Shown: in pieces, positions 37,101-51,700 of the stretch
Layout of the letters: every line of letters starts with the position of its first letter
Numbering within the stretch: the stretch's first letter is position 1
From: Antechinus flavipes
Taxonomy: Eukaryota
Direction: 5' to 3'
Length of the DNA: 64,000 nt
Assembly: GCF_016432865.1 (NCBI RefSeq)
Contig: NC_067398.1
Location: 295,120,001 to 295,184,000 of the forward strand
Position numbers and translations under genes: made by a program
Notes under the pieces: generated by a model
Told to the model about the DNA's origin: nothing
Seen by the model: the letters and a program-made list of their open reading frames with translations, nothing else
Database searches by the model: none

Positions 37101-40100
37101 CTTTCTAAAATCAGCTTTTTCATCATTATAAAAATTAATTATTTAATTATAATGCCCCAGAATGGCCCCAGAGAAAAGTTGAGAAAATCCACTTTTTTTT
37201 CCTTTACTTCAGGGGTGGTAGAATATTTCATATACTATCCAACATAATTGATGTATTGGTCTTGCTAAACATTTTCTTGAGGCAGCTTTGTCCTTGACAT
37301 TCTTTATTAGTTAGTATTTTTTCCTTAGTGACATGCTTAATGTGCTAGATGATGTTGTCAAATTTTCAGATAACAAAAATATATCAGCATGGAAGATCTA
37401 ATAAGAGAAAATTTAATGAGAATAAATGTAAAATATTCCACTTGCATTAAATCAACTTTTCCATTAAAGGATGGAGGAAAGATGTGTTTAGGTAATAGGT
37501 CTTAGTAAAAAAGTTTTAGTGGACTGCAAGCTTAATGCATCTCAATAATAAAACACATAAATAAGGACAAAAAGCTGATATGATCTTAAACTTTTTTAAG
37601 TCCAGAAAGAGGAAAGTGGTGGTTCCACTGTTCTCTTCCCTACCTTTTGAGGATTGTGCTTAATGCTTGATGCCACATTTTAAGAATAACATTGGCAAAC
37701 TGGCATGAATCCAGAAAAGGGTGACCAATTTGGTGAGAAGATGGAAGAAGTGATAATGTTCAGCCAAGAAAAGAACTTGGGGAGGTGTGATGGGTGGACA
37801 GTAGGTGTCATCAAAGTATTTGAAAGGTCCTCATTTGGAAGAAGAATTTTGTTTAGCTTCACTGCAGAGAACAAAACTAAGAAATGGCTGGAAGGTTTTA
37901 GCTCAGTGTAAGGAAAACTGTCTGAAAATTATAGCTATACAAAAGTGAAATAGGTTGTTTTGAGAAGTAGTGGGATTAAGAGATCTTTAGGCAGGAGGTG
38001 AATGATCTTTTGTGAGGAATGTTGTTAACTTGATTCTTATTCAGGTACATGATAGAACAGATAAATTTGCAAGGCCCTTTCAAAAGCTTTTGCAATTGTG
38101 AAAATAGGATGTATCTTATTATCAACAGCGACTTGTATGCAGAAAATGGCATGAGACCTCATCAAGAACTGATATCTACAGTAAAGGAGGTAGGCTGGTC
38201 ATGTAACAAGAATGAAGCATAACAGATGAACAGATCACATATTGCACTGATTTTCACAGATATTAAAATTGTCAGAGGAAGGAATAAATGTATTAGATGT
38301 TGTACAAAGGAAGAAAGTATGGAGAAATAGCAATCTGCATTAATGAAAGTAGTATCCAGATCAATAATATCACAGATCCATCAGATGAATTGAGTTTTAT
38401 TCAAACTCAGGTGGTGCTTGATGCCTTATTTCATTTTTCCAGCGACTTAATATAATGAATCTCTTGTATTTTACTTTATATCATCCCACATTCCTTCTTC
38501 TGACTTAATACATACATGTCCTTCTTCCCCTTTCTACTTTCCCATACCATCAGTCTTGCTCTTAGGTAACCCTTTTCTCTTGCTGATTATGACCCTGTAA
38601 TACTATATTGTCTTTTCTCTAGAATCCCTTGCTCCCTTGTCACATTATTGCTGTCATCTTCCCACCATTTGCACTCATCACTAATACTCTCATGCTATTG
38701 AACAGAACTATAGGAAGTCATGAAGTATGCTAACTGGGTCCACAGTTTTATTCATATTATCTTATCTTGGTTGATTGGGCCCTCTTTGCATCAAAGCAAG
38801 TCCCATCTTTTATTTTTCCATGATTCCTATGGGGCAAGCACTCACAAGGATACTCTCAAGAACTTTAGAATTGATTGTATGACATAGGAGACACACAGGA
38901 TTATCCAGCATGGCATGCCCTCATCAGAGAAGGTGGTGTACTCTGTGAGCAAAGCAGAATTGAAATATCCCAGAAGAAATGTGAGATGCACAAAGTTAAA
39001 GAATCCACCCCAAGTATTCATATGCACTGTTTGTGTCCAATCTGACATTCTGAGCTCATATTGGTCTGATCAGACAGTCGAACACACTGAAACTCAACTC
39101 TAACATAGTGATTTTGTTTTGGGCTTTTTCAAGAACAAAGGACAGCAACTGACCACAGAGGCTGTTCTACTTGATTTTTGATTGTTGGGTTTTTTTTTGG
39201 GGGGGGGGTGGGATTTGTCTCAAAGTTTCCCATAGTACCTCTACTTCCTTCTTATCTAAGAACCTTGATTTGTATTTAACAAAAAAAAAAAAAAAAAAAG
39301 AAAGAAAGAAAGAAAAGAAAAGGCCCTTTTCCTTGTACTACTTTTCCCCTTTTCTATCTTTTCCTTTACACACCAGTCTCCAAATAAGAGGTAGGCATTC
39401 TCCTTGCCAAAGACAACTCTAATGTATGTTGTTTCCAGTCATCCCTCCCTTTATCTGCAGTTTCTGCCTATCTTTCCTGCTGCCTAAAAAAATGTCCCAA
39501 GTCTCCTCCATCCTTAAAAAAACCCACCACCAAAAAATCAAATCTTTGCTGGATCTTCACATTTTCCCAGTAGATGACATTCTCTTATTTTTCCTTTTCT
39601 TGATTTGGAAGAAATTGTCTACACTTGGTGCCTTCATTTCCTCTCTTCTCATTCTCTTTTAAACCTTCTGCATTCTGGCTTCTTAATTCATCATCCAACT
39701 GAAACAATTCTCTCCAAAATACCACTGGTCTTTCATTGTTAGACCTTTTCTTAGTTTTCATCATTCTAGCATTTGATATTGTCACCTCCTAGATACTTTT
39801 TTCATTCTGAATTTTCATGTTGTTCATTCTTGTTTCTCTTCCTTTCTATTTGATTACTTATTCTCAGCTTCTTTTCACATAATCTTCCATACCACTTCCA
39901 TTAACTGGTTATTATACCTCAAGACTCTGTTCAGATTCTTTTTTTTCCCTTATCTGTATGCATATAACTCCTAAATTTTATGTATCCAACTCCTGATTTA
40001 TCTTCTGATCTCCAGTCCCAAATCAGACTTAGACATTTGAAACTGGGTGGGTATCAAATTCAGCATGTTCCAAACAGAACTCATTGTCATTCCTCCCAAT

Positions 40101-42732
40101 TCTATCCTTCTCCTGAATGGGGCTGTTACTGTTGAGAGTACTGCCAATCTTTTACTTAATGTGGTTCAAAACTTTGATGTTATCTTCAACTCCTCACTCA
40201 TCCCACATATCAAGTCTATTGTCAAATCTTGTCATTTCTCTCTTTACATCTGTTAACCTCTTCTCTCATTTCATACAAACACTGGTGGTGTCGGGAGTGG
40301 AGTGTTGGGCCTGAAGTCAGGAAAATCTGATTTTAAATCTGGCCTCAGACACGTAACAGCTGTATGACTCTGGACAAGTCATTTAACTGTTGACTGCAAT
40401 TCAATTTTAAAATGGGGATAATTATAGCATCTACTTTTAGGGTGGTTGTGAGGATCAAGTGAGATAATTAGAAAATACTTAGCATAATTGTTGGTGGAGT
40501 TGTGAATGGATCCAACCATTCTGGAGAGCAATTTGGAACTATACTCAAAAAGTTATCAAACTATGCATACATATTCAGCAGTATTACTACCGGGCTTATA
40601 TCCCAAAGAGATATTAAAGAAGGGAAAGGGACCCGTATGTGCAAAAATGTTTGTGACAGCCCTTTTTATATGCCTAGAAACTGGAAATTAAAGGGATACC
40701 CACCAATTTGAGAATGGCTGAATGAATTGTGGTATGTGAATCTTATGGAATATTATTGTTGTATAAGAAAAGAACAGCAGGATGAATACAAAGAGGTTTG
40801 GAGAGACTTAAATGAACTGATGCTAAGTGAAATAATCAGAACCAGGAGATCATTATATACTTCAACAACAATACTACATGATGATCAATTCTGATGGACA
40901 TGGCTCTCTTCAATAATGAGAAGATCCAGATCAGTTCCAATTGATCTGTAATGAACAGAACTTGCTACACCCAGAGAAAGAACACTGAGAAATGAGTATG
41001 GACCACAACTTTCTGTTATTGTTTGCTTGCATTTTTGTTTTTTCTTCTTAGGTTATTTTTACCTTCTTTCTAAATCTGATCTTTCTTGTGCAACAAGATA
41101 ATTGTATAAATATGTATACATATATTGTATTTAACATATACTTTAACATATTTAACATGTATGGGACTACCTGCCATCTAGGAGTGGGGGTGGAGGGAAG
41201 GAGGGGAAAAGTTGAAACAGAAGTTTTTGCAAGGGTCGAAATTGAAAAATATGTTTTATATATAAAAAGCTGTAATTAAAAAAAAAAAAACCTGAAAAAA
41301 AATACTTAGCATAGTACTTGGTATGTGGTTAGTGATATATTTTTTCCCCTTTATCACCTCCCTAGATTAGGGGAATAGCCTTCTAATTGATCTCCCTCTT
41401 TAACCTTCTTCCAAGCAGCTGCCAAATTGGTTTTCTTAAAGAGCAGATCTGAAAATGTCAAAGATAAAAATGGTATTAAGTGGTATGAACATTTTTTGAG
41501 AGATTAAATAGTATGAAAGCCAAAGCTAATAGAGTTAACACTTAAAAGATCATTAGTAACTTTAAAATAGCAGTTTTAATCAACTGTTGGATTTGGAAAA
41601 CAAATTGTTAAGAAATCAGAATGGTACAGAAGTATAGAGTTTCTAAGTTGAGAGAGAAGAACTATAGGACTTACAAGCATGTTAGCATCGTGTAAAATGG
41701 ACTTTTGTTGTTGTTCTTAAAGAATGAGTACAGTTTATTGCAGGGAATGGAGGCCTCCAGGACCAAGATTACTATCTCCGATGTGAAGTCATACCAGCTT
41801 TGTGAAGATTCCGTTAGAAAGAGGATAGTGTTGGATGAAGGGAGAATAATTAAGAGTCTATTGGCAAATTTATTCTGTCATATATAAATGATTATTACTC
41901 TATCCTTGACCCCAGATCACCAGATTTTTAAAAAAGTAGAGCTGTTGATTACAGAGTTAAAAAGAATGTACCATACATGTTCTGCATGATAATTAAAAAG
42001 TAGTATTTTAGAGTAATTGTCTTAATAGAGACCTTTAAAAGTAGCTCTTAAATATCTTTTTTATTTTTTAAGACTTGCAGATTATGTAGCTATTTTCTAA
42101 AATATTTCTTTAACTTAAAATAATTTACTGGATTGAAATGCATTTCTAGATGGATAGAATTTTATTAACATGTAGTTTTATCTTTTTATATATTAGATGG
42201 TTGACCCTACACTAGCTGAAATGGGAAAAAATCTTAATGAAGCAATGAAGATGCTAGAAGACAATCAGAGGTAGGCACCTGGAACAATGCTAAGTCTCTG
42301 GAAATCTGTGAAATTTTTGGCACTAATTTCCTCTTATTAGGGCTTCTCATGGTATTTGGCATGTAATGCTTAGTTAGTCAAAATTGCCTTTTGTAAAAGG
42401 TAAAAGATGCTCTAATTAATAGATTTTGAAAATATATAATTTTGGTTATGAATTCAATTGGCTCTCTATTTTTTAAAAGTTTCATTTCCTCAGCATCTTT
42501 ATTTGAATCTATAAACAACTCTTCTTCCTCTATATTCATTTTCTGTATGAAACCAGCAAAATCACCATCCCATTAAGTAAAGAAAATATCTTATATTCTT
42601 TCTTTAGAAAACCAAACTTTTCTTTTAAAGGGGAGGGGGAGATAAGGGAATGTTTGATTTCTTCCAAGTTAGATTTGCTTTAGTAATTTGAAGAGAATTT
42701 GCATAATTAAATGTTGACAGAAAGCAAAGTTT

Positions 42733-42795
<63 letters not shown>

Positions 42796-45700
42796 TTTTT
42801 AATTAGAAAAGCAGAGGAAGAGAATGAAAAGAAGTATGCACCAAGAGATATTCCAGGACCACTCCAAGGCAGGTAGGTAGCACTGTTTGGTAATTTCCAG
42901 TTTGTTTGATAAACTTTTTTTAAAAACCAAAATGGTCAGATCAGTAATATACATGTTTGCATTTAACGTAACGTCTAACGTAAGTTTGAATCAAGTTGTT
43001 CTGTTGGTGTGTGTGTGTGTGTTTACATAATTCTTTATGACTCATGTTGGGAAAAAAAAAAAACAGAACAAAGGGAAAAAACCATGAGGGGGGAAAAAAG
43101 CAAGAAAAATTAATAAATATTGCATGTTTTCCTGGATGTGGATGGAGTTTTCCATCCAAAGTTTATTGGGATTGCCTTGAATCACTGAACCACTGAGAAG
43201 AACCAAGTCTATCAAAATTAATCATCAGTACTATTGTCTTGACACCAAAATAGTAATCCTGATCTTGGAAGGTCTCAGATCCTCTTTTCTCTACAATAGA
43301 TCATACTTCTTTACAAAAGCAAAAGAACCTGTTTCAGTTGACTTTGCCATCCTCTCAAGTATTCATCCTACAACTATTCTCCCTTTTTAAAACAAACTTA
43401 GAAATTTCTCTTCTGTTCCCTAATTTCTCAACCCTTAAAAAAAATCTGTCTTTTAACACTTTATCAGTGATTGGTAGAGTTCTTTTATCTGAGTTTAGAG
43501 TTTTAAAGCTGTTCTTTTAAAAGATACTAATGATCTTTTAACTGTTGTCTGATGGCCTTGATTTTCATTCTGTTTTACTTCTCTGCAGTTTCTGGTATTG
43601 TCAACCAACTCCTCTTCCTGAATACTTTTTCTTCCATTGGCTTTCATTATCCTGCTAATTTGAGTTCTGCTTCCTCTTAACTAATAACCTTGCCTCATCC
43701 TCCCTCCTCAAACATCATTTAGATGCCAGCAGCATTCTCTGCTCCTTGCCTTCTGTCTCACACCGGTACATGCTATCCTGTTTTATCCCACTTTCTCCAG
43801 CAAATTTCTGCCCTCTATCATTCCCTCTTTCTCACTAATCTTAGTAGTTCCCAGTCTGTTGGCTGCTTCCCTGCTACCTCCTGACATTCCCATGTCTACC
43901 CCATCAGAATACCCTGGCCTAAATAGTCATTTCCTTCTGGCTCATTCCTGTGTCTCTCTTTTTTACTAAACTCTGTGATAAGACCATCTGTAATCTATGA
44001 TTCCACTTCTTTACTCTCACTCTCTTCTTAACTCTCTAAAGATTGACTTCCAACCTCATCATTCAACTGAAATTGCTCTCTTCATAGTTATCAGTGATCC
44101 TTTAGTAGCCAAATCTAATGGCCTTTTCTTAGTCCTCATTCTTTTTGACCTCTCTACAGTCTTTGACATTGTCAAGCACCCTCTTCTTGATACTCTTTTC
44201 TCAGGTTTCTGTGGTATCCTGCTTTTCCTTCTACATTTCTAACCTCTCCTCTTTCTCTTCTTTATCTACATCCCACACTAATTCTGATTATGCCCCAAAC
44301 CTCTGTCCTGTATTCTTTTCTCCTTCAATATTAATTTGTGTAGTCATCTCCCTCAGCATAATTTTGCTTGGTAATCTCATCAGTTGCCATTCATTTATCT
44401 GTATCCCATAGACATCTTAAATTCACATTGTCCAAAACTGAACTCACTATCTTTACCCTTAAACTTTCCCACTTCCTAACTTCCGTGTTATTATTCCGTG
44501 TTATTGGATGTCATCTGTGATTCTTCCTTTTTACCTACATCCCTATATCCAGTTTGTTGATTTTACTTTTAGAACATCTCTAGCTGCCATCCTGGTACAG
44601 GGCTCTCATCACTTCATACCTGGATTATTCCAAGAACCTGGAACATGAGACAGGTTCCTGGAATAATCCTGTCTCATATGTATCTCTATGCCAGTTCATT
44701 TTCGATTCCATTTTCGATTGTCATAGTGATCTTTCAAAGTGTCAGGTCTGTCTTTCACCTTTCCCCTCATTCTGTAAACTTCATTGGCTTCCTGTTATTT
44801 CCAATAGCAACTATAAAATCTTCTGTGTGATCTTTAAAGTTCTTCATGACCTGCCCCTCTTCTACCTTTACAATCGTCTACTTCCTTCCTTCCACATACT
44901 CTGCTATCTAATGTTAGATTTTAGCCTCCTTGCCATTTTTGTGTCTATCATTTCTTCTCTTAATTCCAAGTGTTTTCTTACTATCCCCCATGTCTGAGAC
45001 ATTCTTCTCATATTCTCTTGGCTTCCTTCAAGTCTTGCTGAAGTTCCACCTTCTGGCTTCCCTAAAGTCCCTTAATCCTAGGATCTTCCCCTTGAAACCA
45101 CCTCTAGGTTATCCTGTCTTGTTTGTTGTTGTGGCGTCGCCTCTGTTAGACAGAACTTCTTGGAGGCAAGGACTGGCTTGCCTTTCTTGGGATTTCTAGT
45201 GTTTAACATACTGCCTGGCACATAGTGAATGCTATTGACTTGTTGATTTTATAGGATCCTTCACTGGAGAGTGCGGGTAGGAACCTGGGCCCATCTAATA
45301 AAAACTCCTTAGTTTTATAGATGCAGAAGTACACAGAACTTCTGTCCATGAGCTTTGACTCCATGTCTAAGAGTACACTTTTTTTTACTGTAGTATGCTG
45401 TTTCCTACCAGTCTGATCACACCTTATTTTCTTTTGCTGTATTATCATGAGTTTCATTCTTTAAATTTAGGTTTCCCCAATTCTTTGTCCTGGCTTCTTT
45501 ACTCTTACTCTTTTCTCTCCATATTTCCTTCTTTGGTTGAGCATATCCATTCCCATTTTTGTTCAGTTATTTCTCATATCTTTACATATGACCCTGATTT
45601 CTCTTGAGCTCCAGTTCCACACCATCAATGTCTTGATGGATATCTCTACTAGTTCATTGGCAACTTGAACTCAGCATTTCTCAGATGGAACTCATTATCC

Positions 45701-48700
45701 CCTTTTTAGACCATACATCTTCCTCCAAATTTCCTTTCTCTGGAAGGCACTAAATCACCCCTGTTGGCAACTTCATAGTCATCTTGGACTCTTTGTTTTC
45801 TTCCCTGTCTCTAATCATGTATCAAAGCTTGTCTGTTCTACCTTTGTGATATTTCTGATAATCATTACACTCACTCTGATAATCATAGCTTCTTTTCACT
45901 CACATTCTTACTACCCTATTTGAGAGTATTTCTGACTTAGATTACTATATTAACTTCCTTAATTAAGTCTCTTAGTTTGCAATTTCTCCTTTTTCTAATC
46001 CATCTTCAGTACAAAGCCAAAATAATATCTCTAAAGGAAAGGTCACATTGTGTTACTTAATGTTTTCTTATTATCTTTATGATAAAATCAAACTCCTCAA
46101 GCCTGATTTTTACATACCTTCAAAATCTGTTTCTAGCATGTCCCTCCAGGGTTAATTCATCTCACTCTTTATCATCCATGCAGTTCTAGCTATATTATAA
46201 ATTTGTTACCATATCATGTCCTCATATCTCTACCGTGGTTCAGTCTGTCCCCTTTTTTTTTGGAACCTACTCTATTCTTACCTCTGCTTCTTAAAATCCA
46301 TAGCTTTCAAGACTTAACTCGTAGGTCTTATGATCTTGACATCTTTTCAAGATATTTTTTCCCCTCCTCAAATTAACTTTTCTGTGTACATAATGGCATT
46401 TTCTCCCTTTTCTTCCCTTCCCCAGAATGTAAATTCATCAAGATCCATTTCTTTTTTTTTTCTTTTTTTAATCCCCCATAATCTAGCATATTTCCTTGTA
46501 CACAATAAGTGCATAATAATTTTTCATTGAATTAAATGCAAAAGCCAGTACAATCTCACAAATCAAATATATTAAATGAATTTTTAATATGAAATGGCCT
46601 TTATTTACCTTGACTGAAATATATTTTTATTTGATTGGCTTGAAGGAAAGTTATTTTGAAAGATTTATTGGAGAATGTTGTTCTGTTTTGTTTTGGGTTT
46701 TTTTGGTTACTGAAATATAGCTAACGAAAGAAACTTCTGTGATTTTTTTTCATTGGAAGAATCTATATCCAAAATAAGCATGTTGAGTTTTAATGTTTCA
46801 GCTAGGAAAAGAAAAACCAATAAAGTAAATGGCCAATATAATGTAATTGATTCAGTCAAGCAAACTTTTTACCAGTCATAATTATAATAATAATTTACAC
46901 TTACAGCATTCCTACCATGTACCCAGGAAATGTATTAAAAATAAACACTTTATAATTATTATCTCATTTGGTCTTCACAAGAGTGCTGGGCAATAGGTAC
47001 TATTATCATCCCCATTTTATAGATAAGGAAACTGAGGTAATAGAGGTTAAATTTTTTGTTTAAGATCATATTACTAGTATGTGTTCAAGATACATTTGAA
47101 CTCAGGTCTTATTGACTCTAAGCATGCACTCTATCCATTGTGTCCTTAAAACCTTTCACCAAAAGGCAAATCATTAAAATAGCTACCTGGCTTGCTGGTG
47201 AGAAAAACCATCTTTTCACAGATGGTTTCCAAATCTGTTTTTAAGAGCAAATCTCTCCTGCCTCAAGATGATTTGCTTGTGCTAAGCTTAACTTTATTTT
47301 TCTTTTATAACTCAAAACTTGCTAATAGGAAAATAAACGTACTGCTCCCTTAAAGAGTACTTTAATCCAAACATGAATATGCAAAAAAGATACAGAAGAA
47401 GGAATAGATAGATGTAATGGGCTGAGGCTGGAGTTGATGCACTGAGGTCCCAAGCATGTGAGGCTAAATAGTAATTGGACCAAACTCTATTAAATGTATA
47501 TGCTTGGAGAAAGAATGGCCCCCCGCCCACTCTTTGTGCAAGTCCTGATGTGTTGTATAGGAAATGACGATTTTGGTGGGTGGAGGCAGGGGAGTGGAGA
47601 AGGAAAGGGAAAGGGAGACTGCTGGCTGCCGTCTTGACACAGCTGCTCGCATTGCTATTGCGACCCCCCTTCACCTCCGGTCCCCTTTTCGCCTGCAATC
47701 CCCCTTCACCTCTGCTAGCTGGCTTCCTGTTACACTTGCCCATATTACTATCGCAATCCTTCTTCACCTCTACTGAGAATAAAGATTGGAGATTTTTCCC
47801 TTAACCTGAAATCCTGACTTCGGCTGATTTTAAATATGCGGTCATCACAAATAGAGAGAGAGAGGAAAAGGGAGAAGGAGGAGGAGGGAAATGAGCAAGT
47901 CAAGCCAACAAAATTTAATTCTCTGTGAGACCCAGTAGTAGTAACTTTGATGTTTTCTTTCCTATATCAAACTCAGTACCAGTCAGGTTGGTTATTGAAT
48001 ACATCTTAATTAGGAAACTCTACTCTAGATTCCTATAGAGGGAAAAAAAAGGGTTTCAAGTATGTATAGATCTGATTCCTGCAGCAGATATTAGTTAGAG
48101 TTTTTAAAAGAATCTCGTGCTCTGAATAAAACAGATGATATGTATAAATGCACTTGTCAACAGGTGTTTGTACCTAGTCAGCCATTAGCTTTGCAGATCC
48201 AAAGAGGTGGTGTTTAGGAACTTTTTTTGAAAGGAAATATCTTCAAGGCATATCTTCAAGTTTCACAGCTATGGTAAAAGAAACAGAAAGTTCCTCTGTG
48301 GGAGGTGAAAGATGCCTATAATCCAAATATGAATGAGACTTTTATAGAAGGGCCAGTTGATATTACTAGATTTTTTAAAGTAAACTGTGTTCATTAGTGT
48401 TTGTAGCTACAAAGTCCACAAAATTATATAAAATAGTTGTTCTCCTTGACTGTACTTTATAGATGATTGGAGTGTATTTGTAAAATTACATGATTCAGTA
48501 ATGCTGATGTACATTTTTATTTTTCAATAATTCAAAATAATACTTAGCCAGGAAATTAACTTATTTTAGTTAGCTAACTTCCAGAATCAACTAACTTTAC
48601 AATTTTATGTTTGTTTTTTTTAAAGATTTTTACTGTATCTGAACAAAATATAGTCTTTCTTTTACAGCTACATTATTAAAAATATTATCACACTAATTTT

Positions 48701-51700
48701 GGAGGCTAGTGGCAGGGGTGGGGAGAGAAGAGATACATCTTTTTCCCCCCATCCATTTTCTGTTTCTTTTTCTCTAGTGGGCAAGATATGGTGAGCATTC
48801 TCCAGTTGGTTCAGAACCTGATGCATGGAGATGATGATGAGGAGCCCCAGTGTTCTCGGTATTGGTTAACTAGTACATTTACCATTTTGTTTTTACCCAT
48901 AGCAATTGTTGGATTTCAGGGTGTTCTAAAAAATTATAAAAGTTATTTCATTTAGTATAATATATCTTATTTGAAAATCCCACACTTTTCTTTTCAAATT
49001 GACATGTGCATGCTTTAGCTATAGTTTTTGTAACTAGTTAAGTCTTCTGATTATAAAAGCCAATTGTTAAACTTGTTAATTTTCACAATTTGATATCTGA
49101 GACTGGTGAATTAGAGTCACAATACAACTAATAAATTAATTTTGACTGAGTTTGTGATTGATACTATTTGTTGTAGGAAATTGGCCATCCACATTGTGAT
49201 CCATTTTTGTTTTTAATAAAAAGCTATTATTTTCTTTTTCTTTAGAAACTATTGTAAATTGTTATATAAAGTTACTTGAAACAAGGAATTTTTCCTGGCT
49301 TACTGATTCTGTTTTTTCCATTTGTTTTCAAACAACTATATTGTCAAACATTCCATAGTTTTAGATAGAATAATATTTTCCAGTTTTTAAATTGAAAAAA
49401 AAACAAACAAACCCTAAATAAACCCTGTCATGCTATAATACCATATATTCAGTAGGCATTGTATATATTTAATAAGTATTCAACTAATGAATAAAATGTT
49501 TAGTTGATTACATATACTAAAGTTATTTTAATAATGTATTAGGGTAAGAAAAAAGGTAAAAATGAAATCGATTGGACATCATCATCTTTCAATATTCTCT
49601 AAAGCTCTTTTCCATTATATGTCTGTATTCCATTGTATAGTGATTAGTATCTGCCTCCTGTTGCATGCGACGGATTTAACCTATGACCCAGAAGCATCCC
49701 TGGAGAGTTGGGTGGCAAAGTTAGGATTCTAATAAATGTTGTTTCAAATTTGTATTTCTTTTTCAATAGACTCCAAAATGTTGGAGAACAAGGGCATATG
49801 GCTTTGTTGGGACATAGTCTGGCAGCATATATTTCAGTACTGGATAGAGAGAAGCTGAGAAAACTTACAACTAGAATACTTTCAGATACCACATTATGGC
49901 TTTGCAGACTTTTCAGGTAAGGACATTTCTACCTGTCTGTTAAACTATCATACAAATATATGCGTTTAAAAAGAAAAAGATAATAATGATCTAGATGATA
50001 ATATATTCTTCATCAAATTATTTTATCTCAATTGAACTCTATTTAAATTTACCTGCAGGTTTTTATGTTACAAGTAAGCATAGAATGTATTATGAAATTA
50101 AAACTTGTTTACAATGAGGTGATAATTTTGATAAGGATCATCATAGTCAATTGAAATAAGAGTAGTTTTGTAGTTTAGTTTGATTTGTCCTGGGAAAATA
50201 TCACTTCAAGGCATTACTAATATTTTTTTTTTCACATGATACCTTTTTATTTTAATAGCACCTTTTACCACTACTGCTTTCTTCCTTGAGAAGGTTGGAG
50301 GGAAAAAAGGATTAATATATCAGGATTGAACCTGATATAGAAAATAGCCTGATATAGAAAATAGCATTACTAATTTTTTTTTTCACATGATACCTTTTTA
50401 TTTTAATAGCACCTTTTACCACTACTGCTTTCTTCCTTGAGAAGGTTGGAGGGAAAAAAGGATTAATATATCAGGATTGAACCTGATATAGAAAATAGCC
50501 AGGACATTTGACACTGTAGTACTTCTTGAGATGTCCTCTTAGTGAAACTATCAAGTTTGTATGTAGGAGAGCTTTGATTCAGTTATTTGGGCCTCACCTT
50601 AATATAGAATAAGGAATGGGAGTAGGGGAATCATTCTCTTCAAACTTTTATGTACCTATTTGTTTCCGGAATTTCTGTTATCATGACATTAGGGGGAAAT
50701 TTCTGAACTAAGGTAAAAAGTAAGAAATGTCTGGGATCATTTTCTTTCAGGTATGAAAATGGCTCTGCCTATTACCATGAAGATGACCGTGAGGGCCTTT
50801 TAAAGATCTGTAGGCTTGTTATTCATACGCGCTATGAAGACTACACAGTGGAAGGATTCAATGTATTATATAATAGGCAACCTGTTATATATATTAGTGC
50901 TGCATGTAGGCCTGGCCTGGGCCAATTCCTTTGTAATCAGGTAAGATGTATTAAGATTGAAATTTTAGGTAGATGCAAATATTATTTTCTGTACTGGAGC
51001 TTGCTAAATTTGCAAACAAGTTTAGGAGGTGACTTGTAAACATTTGGAGATGTAGGAATGGAGATCCAGAGAAATATTAAATCTAGAGGTAAAGATATGT
51101 GGGCATCACTTACCCAGAAGTGATAGTTGAAGCAATGAGAAGGAATAAGATTGCACAGAATAGCTATAGAGAGAAAAAAGAAAAGAGCCAAAGAAAGGAC
51201 TTTGGAAAATCCAACCTGTTGAATTAAGAAGAAAAATCAGAAAAGGAACTGGTAAAGGTATATAAGAAGGGAAACTGGATTGGTAATGATCAGAGAAGGA
51301 TGAGAGATGAAGGAGAACTAATAAACCTAGCAAATGAAGAAGTCATTGGGACTTCTTATAGAAAGCTTTTTTTTTTTTTTTTTTTTTTTTAACAGTTTAT
51401 TGATGCCTTTTATTTTTACATCATAGTCTTTTCTGGGTATAGGTCTCCCTTCCCTCCAAATCCCAATATTGACTCTCTATTGGTTTTTTTTTTTTGCCAT
51501 TTGTGTAGAAATATTTTCCCAAGAAGTTTTACTTGGAGGGAAGGAGAGAGAGAGAATGGTAACTGAATAAGTCAGAATGGTCAAAGAAGACTATTCTTTT
51601 AGGATTACAAAAGATTGATCACATTTATAAGCAAATGGGGATAAGCCATCAGAAAATGTGGAATTCAGATTTATGAATGAGAGAGGAAAACCATAGCTAG

